In this document: in pieces, positions 1-13,865 of the stretch
How positions within the stretch are numbered: position 1 is the first letter of the stretch
How the letters are laid out: every line of letters begins with the position of its first letter
DNA from: Utricularia gibba
Taxonomy: Eukaryota; Plantae; Magnoliophyta
Reading direction: 5' to 3'
Length of the DNA: 64,000 nucleotides
Assembly: GCA_002189035.1 (NCBI GenBank)
Contig: NEEC01000007.1
Location: 2,480,001-2,544,000, forward strand
Program-made: the position numbers and the translations under genes
The notes under the pieces: generated by a model
What the model was told of the DNA's origin: nothing
Databases searched by the model: none
The model's input: the letters and a program-made list of their open reading frames with translations, nothing else

Positions 1-116
1 GTTACAACAGCAAGGCTGATCTTGGCAGGCGAATTTCAGATTTTGAAAGCTATGCCGAACGGAAGTGGTGCCGTCGAAGACAAAAGTACAACAAGGTTCA
101 GATGGAAATAAAGGGC

Positions 117-2486
117 TCACTTCTTTTTCTTGGATTTGTTGTTGGAGGACTGGGTGTATGCAGTTCCCTGAGAAGAGATGACGAGAATGGTGTAAATTGG
201 AAATGTGACAAGCAACGAAAATGCGACGAAAAGCAGACAAAGTTTCGGGGGGGGGGGGGGGGAACCTGCAGCCATTCATCCATTGAGGAATCAGTTGTTG
301 CAGTCCCAACCTCCACCTTAGGCGCCTTCTTTGTTTTCTGATAAAAGAAAAAAAAAAAGGAATGGATGAACGGGAGTGGGCATACAAAGGGGCTGGCAAC
401 ATTATTTTAGTGTCCAGAATCCCACACGAAAGTGCCGAAAACAATGAAACCAGAATACAAACTCAACGCAAGCGAGGACATTCCTGTTTGAATGAATGAT
501 ATGGACTCCAATAAAAAACTGATTAATAGACGAAGCCATGCATATGACAAAACTATACCATGGAACATGGGTAACTTTGAATTGCTGTTGCAAGAACAAT
601 CGTTTACCTTGGACAAATGTGCCACTTGATTACGTAACCAAAATCCAAAGAGACCAAGAAGTGCTGTGCCGAGGCAAAGTAGGATCACAGTTTCAACACT
701 CAGCAGGCCTCCAGCCTCGATAACTTCGATTGTTCCATTGTAGAAGGTATTCTGAAAAGGGTTTTGCTCAATCTCGTAGACAATGGTTCCCACAAGATCA
801 AAAGTACCAGGCTGCAAGGCATATGAAATTAGCAGTGTAGTTAGGATCCAAAACAGCAGGAAATCAGAGATCACATTACCTGCAAAAACTTGCTGATTGT
901 AAATGTGTATGGATACGTTGCTTGAGATGATGGAGACACTGATGAGCTGTTGAAAACCTTGTCAACACAAATAACGTAAAGTCATTTTGATCAGCTCTTG
1001 AAGGTAAGGCAGTCAATTTTGATTAAAAGGGAGAATCTAATCTTCACCGAACAGGTCAAAACTTACCAGATATGGATAGAGAAAGTGTGCTTAAATAAGT
1101 TCTAATAACGTGAGGATAATAAATAAAAATATACCTGTACAGTTAGATTCTGGACAAGGTAACGGTGGTCAAAAGGAAGATGAACACTAGCCTGGATGGC
1201 AATCACATTTATATTTGATTCGCCTATGTTTTACGCCAGAAGTTAAAAGAAAAACACAAATAAGCTGTTCACAGGCAAGGCACAGCAAATTCAGAAAGGA
1301 AAAGTTCCTTTCAATAACTATTTTTTTCAAAATATTTTAATAGATTTCACAAATAGATTTTAACAAAGATGAATTCACTGATACAAATGATTACCGCCAT
1401 TTTGTATCCCAACAAGTAGTGTGCTTTCTCCCCCAGCCACGATGACTGCAATCAAGAAATTAATCTCCTAAGGCAGATCCCATGGCACACGTAGCAAGGT
1501 AGAAAATAAGATTTGAGAAAAAGGCCCTTTAAAGAGCAAAAAAGTGGTCAATGTAGAAGTCGAAACAAAGACAAAGCAATCACTAACCCTTTGAGGGATT
1601 CTTTGAAAAAACATAAGCTGTCTCCACACCAGGAGCTGGACTAAAAGTTCCACCATAAACATCTTGGGCATCATCACCGACAATTCCAAGATCACCTTTC
1701 TCCTCAGCGGTTTCAACTACTTCTACATCTGCATCTGACTGACACCTTGCGACTACGAAGCAAGCTAGAGTTAGAAGGAAATGATGACAATACATGAAAT
1801 TTAAGATTAACAATAAACCTTAAATATGATTCATGAAGGTGAACAGCCAAGAAAAATTCTGCTAGGGAACCACAAATTGTCAAGAACGCATAAAAAATAA
1901 CCATTAATAGTGGAGATCGAAGCCCCAGGAATAAAAAAATTGCAAGCAATGTCTTTGACACGGATTCCTCCTCTAGATTCATTACCTTCGATTGCAAGAT
2001 TCCAAAAATTAAAGGCAAGGAGACCACTATAAGAATGTTCAATTCATAGCTATAATAATTTCCGAATTGGGGCAGTAATACTTCTCGATTATCTAGTTTG
2101 TCTTCAAAACGATAATTCCATGAAAATCATCAGAGAACCTTAACAGAAACCTCAAATAAAAGTGCACTACAGGATCAGCATGCACCCATTACACAATCAG
2201 CGAAGAATAACAACCAAAATAAGCGAAACCAAAGGAGTTCCCATCCGATTTAACAAACCGATCAGCTTATGAACAGAATATGTTACGGCCAATTCTACCA
2301 TATAAGAAAGGGAAGGCACTTCTGCATGCGCATATTAAAGACGAATTCTCAAATTAGCAATTCATTTCGTAATCAGAGAAAACTAGGCAATACAATTCCA
2401 ATGGATCTGAATCTGTGCCGCTAACCTTGAAGAAGGGAGGAAGAGAAAATCAGCAAAGCCAGGAGAAACAAAGCCCTAATCGTCAT
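117..2486 (-). CDS. SSR1: Translocon-associated protein subunit alpha (TRAP-alpha), 8 exons
   Basis: ATG at 2486 gives signal peptide MTIRALFLLALLIFSSSLLQ. GT-AG exons then read VARCQSDADVE...GDLGIVGDDAQD, NINVIAIQASVHLPFDHRYLVQNLT, PGTFDLVGTIVYEIEQNPFQNTFYNGTIEVIEAG plus a TM segment, KVEVGT...MDEWLQ and GTAYTQSSNNKSKKKK* (stop 117-119). These are plant TRAP-alpha motifs. Confidence 0.95.
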
Positions 2487-2579
2487 TGGTACTCGAACTT
2501 CTCCAATACCCCGGAGGTCAGACCGTCGCGTGAAGGCAGCGGAGGCAGAACACCGGAGTACCGGCTATATTCCTTATGA

Positions 2580-2637
2580 GGCCCAAACGTGGTAACCGTT
2601 CATGGGCCCTAGCCCAGGCATGTTTTTTTATTGGGCC
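2580..2637. promoter_or_regulatory. Site II (TGGGCY) cluster in the divergent TRAP-alpha / DUF639 promoter
   Basis: GGCCCA 2580, TGGGCC 2603, AGCCCA 2611 and TGGGCC 2632 lie between two oppositely oriented 5' ends. Confidence 0.65.
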
Positions 2638-3833
2638 AACATTTCTTTTTCTTTTTCTTTTTTTTTTTGTTTTTGCCCAGAACAATGATTATTGAATTGA
2701 ATACTCAAAAATTAATGTATGTTTATTATTTTTTTGTTTTTAATAATAAAAAATGGGGAAATATGCCCAATTCTTTCCCCCGCTTAGAATTCTTGGCAAA
2801 CTCAACCGCCGACGCCTCCTGATTCTCAACTGCTGCGTGTTTTTTCAGAACAGCCGTTTTCGGCTTCCCATCCCTTGTTCCTCCACAATTCACTATTTCA
2901 ATTTAGTAGATTTGGTTCCCAGTTATCTGACACGGCGACGTCGCGGCCGCTAGGTCATTGTTGCGCCGCCCATCTCTTGTTTCTCGTTGTTCAGGTCAGT
3001 ATATGTTATCTTTTTTCTCGCATAAACTGCACTGCTATACCTGTTGGAATGCTTACGCCTCTGAATTTGAAAATGAGGGCGCCGGAGTTGGTATGTTCAG
3101 ATGTTCTTTATGCAGTGATGGGGTTCCAGTTTTAGTTGCTTACAGATGTTTTTTAAAAAAAAACAATAACCCAGCTTGACTGCATGGTTGGAAGTTGCAA
3201 TTACGCTCGTACATGCACACATTCTGTTGAATAACGTGGTTTACTTGGGAATTTCATTGCTTTTATGGCATTGAGTCAGTAGGAGCTATCCGTGGCCATG
3301 GCACTCCTTAATTTGTCTTGATGATTTATCGGCCTTTGGGTTCGGGTACCATCATGTGTATTCGTGAAATATTTTTTTCCGGATTATTCACCCGCTTGTG
3401 GCTTATATTTTTTTTCTTTTTATTTTGATGTTACTATCATCATCCTGGCAATTCTTGTTCGGTTTGTAGTTTCAAGGTATCTGTTATGTTTGTATGCAAT
3501 GCGCTTAATTGCCACCTCGCATATACCTGAATTACTATCTGTCACCTCCTGAACCAGATTAAAGAACAGATAACACCTAGATGTTGTGTGCAAGCTGAAA
3601 ATCTGCACTTCCATGTGTGTGAGGCATTGCTAGGAGTCTAGTACTATGGTGGACTTGGCTGAGTTTCAATGGTACCCTGTGTTGTGCTTGTAATTCCCCA
3701 ATAACTGCATTTCTTTGGGTAAGTTTCATTTGATTTTCTTTTTAGGGTGAAATGAAAAAACGGACATGCTGAATTGGTGTTACTGAGTTTCATGGATTCT
3801 GTATTTCCTCAATAGATCATTTGATGATTTGAG

Positions 3834-6800
3834 ATGGAAATCGCTATGGTCAGCAAAACGCGAGATATGTTAGAGGGTTTTGTGAAAGAAGGATCATTCA
3901 AGTGGTTAACTAAAAAGCGGAGTGTTTTTGACGATGACTTTGATGAAATTGGAGGATCTCCACCTAGTGGCCAGAACTGGCTGACTGAGCTCTCTGTTCC
4001 TGCCAATATTGTCGTCTGCAGATGTGCGAAGTTAGTATTCTCTACTCTATTATTCTTTGATTTTCATTCTAAGTAGGATTTTTCCCCTGTTTGCAGTGTA
4101 AACATTAGTTCATGTTAGTGGTTGAGTTCCTCAGCAGATAAACTGCATTATTGTACGAATCAGCCATCTGGTTTTTATTTATTCGGTGCCTTATGAAACA
4201 GATTTATTTGAAAAAAGTGTGTTTAGATTTAGACTTTCTGTAATTTTCATGCTATTCAGGTTTATTTTATTTCATATTTAACATTCAGTATATGCAAGTT
4301 TGGCTTTATGTCTATGACCTACCTCTGTCCTGACCTATTTGTGACATATATATGCTTTCCTTAAAATGCATATAGAATCCTCGCTCTAACAGTCCGCCAT
4401 CTACTTGAGAAGTTTGAAGTGGAGGCCTCTGATGCCTTAAAACAACAAACCAGCTATGCAAGAAATTTCTTTGAATACTGTTGCTTAACGACGGTTGCAC
4501 AGTTGATAAAAGAGCCTGGCTATCTGGATGATGACAAATTTCGACGGCTTACATTTGACATGATGATTGCCTGGGAATTTCCTGCAGCCTCCTCAGGAAC
4601 ATTTCCCATTGTAAGATTTGAGTTTATTTGGATGCTTCTATGTAAAATCAGTTTGTTGAAATATCGTTCATTTCTGCTTAAAAGATCTACTTTCATGTAA
4701 AAAAATTAGTTCTGATATCAGAGCATTCTTATTTATTAAGAAGATCAACTCTTTTTTCATGATTCTCCAGATGGATGATGATGCTACTGTTGGCATGGAA
4801 GCCTTCTCCCGCATAGCACCAGCAATTCCCGTAGTTGCTAATGTTGTTGTTGTTGACAAGATATTTGAAATCCTTGCAACTTCAGGGATTAATCGACTTC
4901 ATTTTTCCATCTATGATAAATACCTTATTCGATTGGGAAGGTACATTTGCATGCGTATTAATTTTAATTCAATGTTTCTGTAGAATTTTTTTGTATATTA
5001 GAATGGATTAGTTCTTTCCAAAAACTACTTCGATACAGTTTGCCTACTTTTGATTTTTTTCTTGTTTCCCCATGATTTAAGAAATGCTGAGTTTTCTTGC
5101 TGGCTTTATGGATAGCTGTTAGTGATGGTTTTCAGAATGAGTAGTAGTCATATGCTCCTGTATGCCTTTCAGGGTAGTGCGAAAGTTCCATTCTCAATCT
5201 GAATCATCTCTGCTTTCCACTTTTCGTGCTGAAAGAGTGGAGAGAATCCTTGAAGTTGATGGAACTGTCACATCTCAGCCAGTTCTTGAACATGTTGGTA
5301 TTTCCGCATGGCCTGGTACGTATTTTTTTCAATCTTAGTGGCTCAAAAGATGGCATTGTGGATTTCTGAAATTATATTGATCCAACATTTTAGGACAAAA
5401 GATGTAACTGCTTACGGGTGTATGTTTGTGCCGTAAGGTGTTGGTCAAGTCCCCCAATGAGTGCATGCCTCGTGTTTAATTGCCATCATGTTTATTATCT
5501 TATTTTTATTACAGGAAGGTTAACTTTGACAGACCATGCGCTGTACTTTGAAACGCTTCGGGTAGTGTCTTATGATAAAGCAAAGATGTATGATCTTGCT
5601 GATGATTTGCAACAAGTTGTCAAGCCCGATCTCACAGGGCCTTGGGGTACCCGGATATTTGACAAGGCGGTATTCTATAAGTCAAATGCATTGTAAGATA
5701 TTGACACTTTCGAACCATTTTGTTCAGGCTGATGAACTTGAGCTTTCTGTGGTTTCTTTCCTCCGTTTAACTTCAGTGATAACTCATGAATGTTGTCGTC
5801 TCTTTTTGTAGATCAGAACCTGTAATCATGGAGTTTCCAGAGCTCAAGGGCCACACTCGTCGTGACTACTGGCTATCCATCATTCGCGAAGTTTTGTATG
5901 CTCACAGATTCTTGGCCAAGTTCAGGGTTTCTGGCTCAGAGCGTGAAGAAGTGCTTTTGAAGGCAATCTATGGAATTCTTCGTGTTCAGGTCTTGAAAGA
6001 GATGACTAGTTCAACTGCCGTTATTTCTTATGAGAATCTTCTTATGTTTAACGTGTGTGATCTGCTCCCTCGTGGGGACCGTATTCTTGAAAAACTGGTT
6101 GATATGCTAACTTTAAGAGACGTAGACCAAGTTGACACGGAAAAAATTGGAAACAACATGTATTCTGTCTCAGCCCGTTCACTTGCTTCTCAGTTGGGGT
6201 CTGTTTTTGGATCAAGTCCTAGCTCATCAAGTGAGACTGGTCTAGTGTTTGGGGAAATTGCCGTTGGGCAAATGACACTTCTTGAGAAGGCTGTTAAAGA
6301 AGCCAGAAGTACCTACGAAAGTGCAGCATTAATTAAGGGTACAGTTAGTGGGGTTAAAGTTGAGGGCCTTGACTCAAATTTGGCTGTTATGAAGGTATCT
6401 TGTGAGTTTTAGGTCCATTTTGTGATAACATGTTTTTGGCACCATAATGAACTTTCGTATTCGAATTTGTACTCGTAAATGGTTTCCAAATCCTCCACAT
6501 TTGAAATGTCGCATATCTTATGATGCTCATGGATTTGCAGGAATTGCTTTCTCCAGTGACAGAACTTTGGTATTGGATTGTTTTTATCCTTCACTGGGAA
6601 GAGCCTTTAAGATCCATGGCGTTCTGCTTGGTTTGTAGTTATGTAATCCTAAGGTATGAAATACCTCTGAGTAGGGAATGGAAGTATTTTTTCTTCAGGG
6701 TTGCTTTGTGTTTTGCTAATGTTTGTTTTGGAAACTCAAGCAACGCAATGTTGTTTCCTACAAAATATAGCTCTTTGTCTCTGACAAAAGTAACCATATG

Positions 6801-7566
6801 CAGAGGATGGATCGGTTATGCTATTGCGACAGTCTTTGCATTTTTTGCTCTCTTCATGTTGCTCACGCGCTTCTTCAGCCGGGGAAGGCCTGTGGATGAA
6901 TTGAAGGTAAAAGCTCCACCTCCAATGAACGCAATGGAGCAGCTATTGGCAGTTCAAAATGCAATCTCACAAGCCGAGGAGATAGTAGAGGAAGGAAACA
7001 TTACCCTTCTCAAATGTCGTGCGCTACTGATATCTGTTTTCCCGCAGGTATTTTTGTTTGATGCTTTCATTTTTCTCCAGTAATGAAACCTTGGCTAGCA
7101 ATGATACTCAAGGACCTCATTCTTATAGTGTGTCTCCCCCCCCCCCCCCTTCGGTCCCTTAAGTTCTATGAATTACGTTTGAATGTGCGCACCACCTAGG
7201 TAGGCATTGCAACAAGCGAATTCTTTCAAGTGATGACATATCTAGTAATGTAAAAAGGCTTAATGGGTTTTGATCCTTTGGTCCCATGTTGTTACCTAGA
7301 TATCTAACCTGCGCATATGAATTGACACATATGTTCAGGCTACTGAGATACTTGCTGCAGCTCTATTGTGTATGTCATTGGTTCTGGTGTTCGTTCCAAT
7401 GAGATATGTCATGTTCCTCGCCTTCTTGGAAGTATGTACACGACACTCACCAGTTCGAAGGGCCAGCAGCGAACGCTGGACAAGAAGAATGAGGGACTGG
7501 TGGTTTAGCATCCCTTCAGCTCCTGTTGTGCTTGAAAAACTCACGGAAGACAAGAAGAAAATCTGA
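3834..7566 (+). CDS. DUF639 family protein (At1g48840/At3g18350-like), 9 coding exons
   Basis: The frame stays continuous over GT-AG junctions: VSKTRDMLEGFVKEGSFKW, ARNFFEYCC, FRRLTFDMMIAWEFP, GRLTLTDHALYFE, VKPDLTGPWGTRIFDKAV, EFPELKGHTRRDYWL, APPPMNAMEQLLAVQNAISQ, ending WWFSIPSAPVVLEK...KKKI*. The 5' leader probably starts near 2790 and is spliced. Confidence 0.92.
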
Positions 7567-8103
7567 AGCAATTATTCCTGTAAGTGCACTTTGGTCATCT
7601 TACTCTGGTAAATATGTGTAGCAATAAAGAAATAAACAGGCCACAAATGTAGTTGTGGCTGCTTTTCTCTGCTTTTCTATTAAACTGCCGCCATGCCATG
7701 TATGTCCCCATTTTCATGCTATTGCTTTATGTTCGTTATCAAGTTGGGGATGAGCCATCAGCTATGTTTTATGCACCAACAAAAGAAACGTTTTGTTGGC
7801 TATGTTAAGCATCTTACCTCTCTCATGTCGACTCAATTTTTAAGAGACTCTTGGAAATTAATACTTAAAAATTATCATTTTCTAATATATTTATCATAAA
7901 AATGACTATTTTTTATATAGAAATTTGTAACCTTGAAAAAAAAAAAAAGAAGCTTTGGGGGGCCATGGCCCTTCTTACGACCGCTATTGCATAATCCAGC
8001 CCACGTGCCGGTCACGACAACACCATTAAATAGGCGGATGCACAAATTGACAGTGTGTTGAAAATGGTCAAAATCGGCGAAACGGGTTGATGGTTTTTTT
8101 TTT

Positions 8104-8127
8104 TGTGTGTGTGTGTGTGTGTGTGTG
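8104..8127. repeat. (TG)12 microsatellite
   Basis: Perfect dinucleotide run seen directly. Confidence 0.9.
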
Positions 8128-9225
8128 GGCAAAACGGCTTCACGTGGCTCTAAACAGCCAACACCTCTGAAATTCTGAATGTCTTTTTGTTTTATTTCTT
8201 TTTTTTTAATTTTAATTGGATTATTATGGCCCATTTATTACGAATGGGCCAGCCCAATACTTTTCCATGTATATTAATTAAGATAATATTTATCCTATAT
8301 TTTAAAATCTAAAATTAAATTAAAATTCAATTTAAATCTATAGCTTTATAAAAAAAATTAAAAAATTGAAATTTAAAAAAATTAAATTTTTATTTTTTTA
8401 TAATATTTTGTATAAAGGATATAATTAATTGCAAAAATGATTCAATCGAAAATTATGATTAAATCAAAAAATAAATCAAACTCGATTTTAAAACATTATT
8501 CTAAATCCTTAATATTTTCATTGGAAAAGCAATATGTATACATACATTCTCCAGATTCAAAACCCTACTTAAATAGGATACAAATCCAGTGTTGAATGAT
8601 TCAATTAATATATTGTTGGAGGAAGTTTATTCAATAATTACTTGATCTTGGATAATCAAAACCAACTTCGAATCTTAAATATGATTAGGGATGCAGTTAG
8701 ATCTCATCCGTTTACTAATTTTACGAATTCAGTTATATTTTATCCGATTATTTCGGTTCTATAAAAAAATATTTCTTTTTCATAATGAATTATTTGAATC
8801 CTGAAATTATTTGATCAAATGAGTTGTGAAAAATATCTTTAAAAGAGCCTATGATTTTTTGTTTTTTATGCTTTCTTAATTCATTTCAGGCAAAAGCCAG
8901 AGCCTTATAATCATTTGGTGACGTCCTTCATCCCAACAACAAATTATTTGTTTCCAATCCCAAAAAAAAACTAAGGATACGATGTGGAGGGTACTCCTGG
9001 GGACCATTTGCCGTGAATCTCCATGTCATGGAGGAACATCTGCATGTGATTTCTCATGTTCTCGTGTTTGTCTTTCTTTCCATTTCCCTCCTCCAACTAC
9101 TCCTCATCAATTCCCAAATCATCACACACATCTCCCTATATATACAACACGTAATGATTCACACGGCGGTGACCGTGAGGCAAGCACAAAAAGGAAAAAA
9201 AAGGCAGTGATCGGTGCTTTCTGAA

Positions 9226-9510
9226 ATGGCTATCGGCGAGATCCTGAGAAGACCCTTTTCCGGCGACAGGAGGACGAGGGCGGGGGCCCATCAAGTCCCC
9301 AAAGGGCACTTGGCGGTGTACGTGGGGGAGAAGGAGAAGAAGCGTCTGATTATTCCGTTGTGGTACTTGAATCAACCCCTGTTTCAAGAACTGCTACTGG
9401 TTCGTGTGGAAGAGGAGTACGGGTTCCATCATCCCATGGGCGCACTCACCATCCCATGCACTCTCGACTTTTTTCTGCAAGTAGTCTCCCGCTTGACTTC
9501 TTCCTCATAG
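9226..9510 (+). CDS. SAUR: Small auxin-up RNA (SAUR) family protein, intronless, 94 aa
   Basis: ATG at 9226. Motifs [22 protein letters not shown] and [21 protein letters not shown]-like TATATATA about 90 bp upstream. Confidence 0.95.
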   Translation: MAIGEILRRPFSGDRRTRAGAHQVPKGHLAVYVGEKEKKRLIIPLWYLNQPLFQELLLVRVEEEYGFHHPMGALTIPCTLDFFLQVVSRLTSSS

Positions 9511-10999
9511 CAGCCATTCTCTGTGTTTTTTCTTCCGGGGGGAGGGTAGAATGAGCATCCCCAGAAGAGGATGACGATGACTAGAGGAGCAGCCAGAGAA
9601 GCCTTTTGTTTCTTTGGGTGGGTGGTGGGAGGTTAGTGTTAGAACTAATCTTGTCTAAATGATTCAGAAGATGAAAAGTGGCTATTCAGACAACTACTTA
9701 GTAGCTAGTTTAAGAGAAAAAAGTGAGACAAAGTTGAATAAATAACAAAGAAAATGGTTGAAAAAACAAACAATATGCATTTCGTTCATGGTTTAATCGA
9801 ATTTAATCTAATTATTATATTTATTATCAAGAGCTTATAATTTTTTAAATACTTAACACATAATAATAACTCCTACTTGCTCACATGGTGTGCGATACCA
9901 AACAAGGGTGGAATGATCATGACAAGTCATGATGTGATTAGTGTGTGAAAAATCTGATCATTTATAATATAAAATTTTTAATATTTATAATCTGACAATC
10001 AAAATTGCAATAAAACTAGATGTCTCTAAACCAATCATAAAATGCGAAACAAATGCATGTTGACAATCCAAAGTAGTGACAAGGGAACACTCGAAGTTGC
10101 CCACGCCACATATTTGACAATAGGCGAGTGCATTTCCGATTCTAGGGCTTGGAGGGAGAAATGCTTCATGAGTAGGAAGTTCTTCATTAATACGCCGTCG
10201 TATTAGCAGTCATTGGAGTTTTTTATTTTTATTTTTCAAATATCATAAAAAGTTGGAATTTCAAAACCATCCACAGGGTCCATCATTAATCATGGGTTGG
10301 GGTGTCATCTACCCACGCTATTATATCATCAATATTTGAAAATCATGTCTTTCAAATATATATCAAATTTTATTTTATAAAAAAATTAATTTTTAACAAT
10401 CATTTCAATTTTTTATGAGAATTGGTTTTTGAGAAATAATTCTAAAATTGAAATTATATCTATGCATTTTTAATAAATAATTAAAATTAAGGCTATTATG
10501 AATAATTTAATTGTTTTAAATTTATAATTTATAATTTTAATATAAATATACTTAATTCTTGAAAATTATTTATTTCTATTGAAGAAATTGAGATCATGCA
10601 GTTTTTTTTGAAAAAAGTGTTTTGATAATTATATCATGTTTTTTTAATATTCAATATTATTATAATTTAAATTTATTTGTATAATGTGCCACATCTTAAC
10701 AATTTCATTGTAGATTTAGCAAGGATTTTAACATGAGAACACATTAAATATTTAAAAATTTATACCTAACTATTAGTATTCTCTTAATTTATCATATTAT
10801 TGATAAATGATACTATTTTTTAATGATAATAATTTTGTGCGTCGAATGAACTATTGTGGGGTGGGGAAGAAAATGATAATAATATTCGTTTTTTAAATAT
10901 ATTATTTTAATGTGATAAATAATAAATAATAAACTAAAAACTTAAAAGCATAGATATTATTAAAAATTCATGGTACAAATTATTCATTTTCAAAACAAA

Positions 11000-13670
11000 A
11001 AAAGGCATGTTCTAAAGACAACTCGAAAAAGGCTGTGGATGAGACACACAGAAGCCCAGCGTCCCTTGAATGCTGCAACTTGCAGGTCAAGATGGCGCCA
11101 AGACAAGGCATGTGAAGCCTCATCTCTTCGTACCAAATGGTCCGATTCCCCTTACGAACACCACACTCTTTTATTGTGGTGGAGGTGTGCTTCATTCCCT
11201 CAGCCAGCCCCATGTTTTCTGTTAAAACTGTGCATCAGAATTCAGTGCTGTGGGTTGCTTCAGGAGTCATTCCTTCATCTAAAACTGCCTCTTACGGGTT
11301 TTTCTTTGTTGGGTTCCCTATTTTGAAGTTGCATCAGACGATGGCCTTGCCATTCAGTTCATTCAACTGGCTCTTGGATGAGTCTGATGTGTAAAGGGAA
11401 CTCAGATCACAAGGTGGCTATTTAGCAAGAATGGCTATAAAAAAAAATGAAGTTTTGTTGGTCTTCTGTAAAATGATTGATATAGACACTGAAATGGTGG
11501 GTGTGCGTTTATGTTGAGGAACACAGGGGCCTACAACATATGTACCAGCAATGCACCAAGGAAAAGGTAGGGCTTAAAATCACCCATGGTTTTTGAATTC
11601 TAAGAGAAAACAGAAAATGCATCTCTCTAGCTCTGCTGTTTGTGCTCCAGGCAATGGATCAGACTTGTTCTTTTTATTGATAAAAAAGGAATGGAGATCT
11701 TCAATGCGCAGAGCGATTTAAGTAGACATATGCAGCAAACCATGATGTACACAGTGCGGAGTAATAGCAAGTAATCCTAACAGGCTTAAGGAGCAGCAGC
11801 CTTGTGAGAAAATAGGGCAAGTGGGCAGGCAAGATCCTGTTTTCTAGTCGTTGGAAGTATGATCAGCTTGCAAACAGTCTTCAAGCAGCTTGGTTGATGG
11901 AAGATGGATCAGCTTCTTTGGCAATACAATCCATAGATAAAAATGCCAAACAAGCAATCAAGTCAGCTATGCTATTGCAAACCATTTTCGTCTATCAGAT
12001 ACTTACAGGAAAAGCTATGTCAACATTGATTTTACATCATCTTAAGGTAGCCCATGTCCCACTGTAAGAACCTTCAAACTTCGTATACTTGGTGTACCAA
12101 AAGCCTCTTCGTAGTTACAAAGATAGCCTCTGTATGATGATGAACCCAACAGGATGTTGAGTGTCCCCAGTTGCTGATGAGATATTCCATTGTACATTAG
12201 AAAATGCCCAAACTTCACGACTAAAAAGATATGTTGGAAATAAATTGACTTTATGATTCCCTTCAGTTCCCCATAAATACCACGAAACATGATCTGATAA
12301 ATGTTTTCGCACAGATGATAGCTTTGCTTCCTGATGCGTTTTTGTAGCCACAGTGAGGGCATTTTTGTTTGATGTTCTTGCCCTTTACTTGAGTTGGCAT
12401 TGCAGATATCTCACGTGGCAGTGGAAGAAGTGATTTCATTCGGTTTTCTTCCTGTATTACTGCATTGCACCAAGGCAGCAAAAACTTCTTTCATGAGGCG
12501 TTGACTGCGTATGGATTTGAACAAAGTTTGGTGAGTTCATAAACCTGCATGTCTGGTCATTTTCAGCGAAAGCTGTTGGAAGAAAACCTTGTTCGCAGAA
12601 AATAAAAGATGAATTTGCAGAAGTTTTGATAAGATTTCCCTAAAAACTTCTCCTTTTGCAGACTAATCTACAAAAGCAGCTTCCAGGATGTAAGAAGTCT
12701 GTGGCTCACTAACTTTTTGTGAATTTTTGCCTTAGTGCTCGAGAGATTAGGCAAAAATTCTGGAAACAAAAATTGTATGTGGTTACATATTTGTGTTTCT
12801 ATTTATAGACCCCTTTTTGTGATCGTTGAGCACAGGAATGCTTTGCAGGTTACCGTTGCCGTCAATCGGGCCAGCTTGGATTTGGTCCTTCTCTTGGGCA
12901 CGGACGGGCTGCTTACGAAGGGCCCGTATGCAATCTTACACCATTTGAAGCTGGTATTTGGCCCAGCATCTGCTGATTCAGCCATCAGTTCTTTCCCATC
13001 CCCTTTCGTTCTTCTTCCTCGTCGCACACAGCATATTCCAACAGCACTTCATAATCTTCAGCGGGTCTCATAAGATTGTCCAAGATTAGCTCATCATCAG
13101 CCAACACAGGAGACTCGATGAAAGCTTGAAGCTTTTTGACTTCCAACAAAGGCGACCACCTTTGTAGCAAAATTCTTGCGAGTGCTGCAGTTGTCTAGTT
13201 CTTCCAAAGACTAGTTATTATTACCTTGATGGAGGACTCCAAGTTCGAAGAGTATTTCACACACCGAGCATCATAGAAAAAAGTAGAAAGAACATATTTT
13301 TCAGCACACTGACCTCGAAACCAGTAAATGGTTTGTTGCGAATGCAAAGTTGGAGAGGTACTGATCCTGCCCAAGTGTGTTTGCATGAATCATGCTCGCC
13401 TTGTCCCTTTGCTGGATGCAGAAGGGGAAGCGGCAGGATTCATGAAATGAAGGTAGAGTTCGAATCGTGTAATAGCAGATTTGGAGATATTGCTTATTGC
13501 TGCGATGCCATGCTAGCAAATCACATGAGACAGAAAGAAAGATAATGACTTTAGAAATGGAATAGCTTCTGTATTCAATACTCATGAGTTAGATTACACA
13601 AGGCAGAATACTGCCACTGCAAACGGCTATACGCCCTGTACAGCGTCTGCAATGTCAGTAGCCTCCTCAT
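11000..13670 (-). pseudogene. Heavily degraded intronless gene remnant, possibly PPR-like
   Basis: About 2.7 kb of coding-like composition with stops in all frames. Minus-strand fragments include a transit-peptide-like start MRRLLTLQTLYRAYSRL (ATG 13670), DDELILDNLMRPAEDYE, YVTTYNFCFQNFCLISR, CEQGFLP and EAVLDEGMTP. It ends in a U-rich 3'-UTR-like tract near 10980. The resemblance is weak and judged by eye. Confidence 0.33.
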
Positions 13671-13865
13671 CTAGAGGAAACAAAGTGAACCCAGCATGTT
13701 CTTCTCAGTTGGGAGCAGGAGGAGATTCCAGCTTTCGTCACACTTACACATGACATGGAGGTGTGGGGTTTCCTCTACTTGATAGAAAGTCTTTGAGCTT
13801 CACTGCATTTATTGCCGAGTAGAACTTATAGCTTATTTTGCCCCAAGAAAAAGGGAATTTGGGTT

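Noticed and set aside
247-262. G16 run next to a TRAP-alpha splice donor (and C14 at 7136-7149 in a DUF639 intron)
   Set aside because: Simple intronic homopolymers with no evidence of function; their lengths are unreliable if the assembly under-calls homopolymers.
9510-9800. Expected SAUR 3' DST instability element
   Set aside because: No ATAGAT/GTA consensus found.
12420-12540. + strand fragment ALHQGSKNFFHEALTAYGFEQS, faintly like Copia reverse transcriptase
   Set aside because: No YVDD or other RT motif nearby in frame; too short to support.
13452-13470. GTTCGAATC, similar to a tRNA T-loop
   Set aside because: No T-stem pairing and no cloverleaf or A-box.
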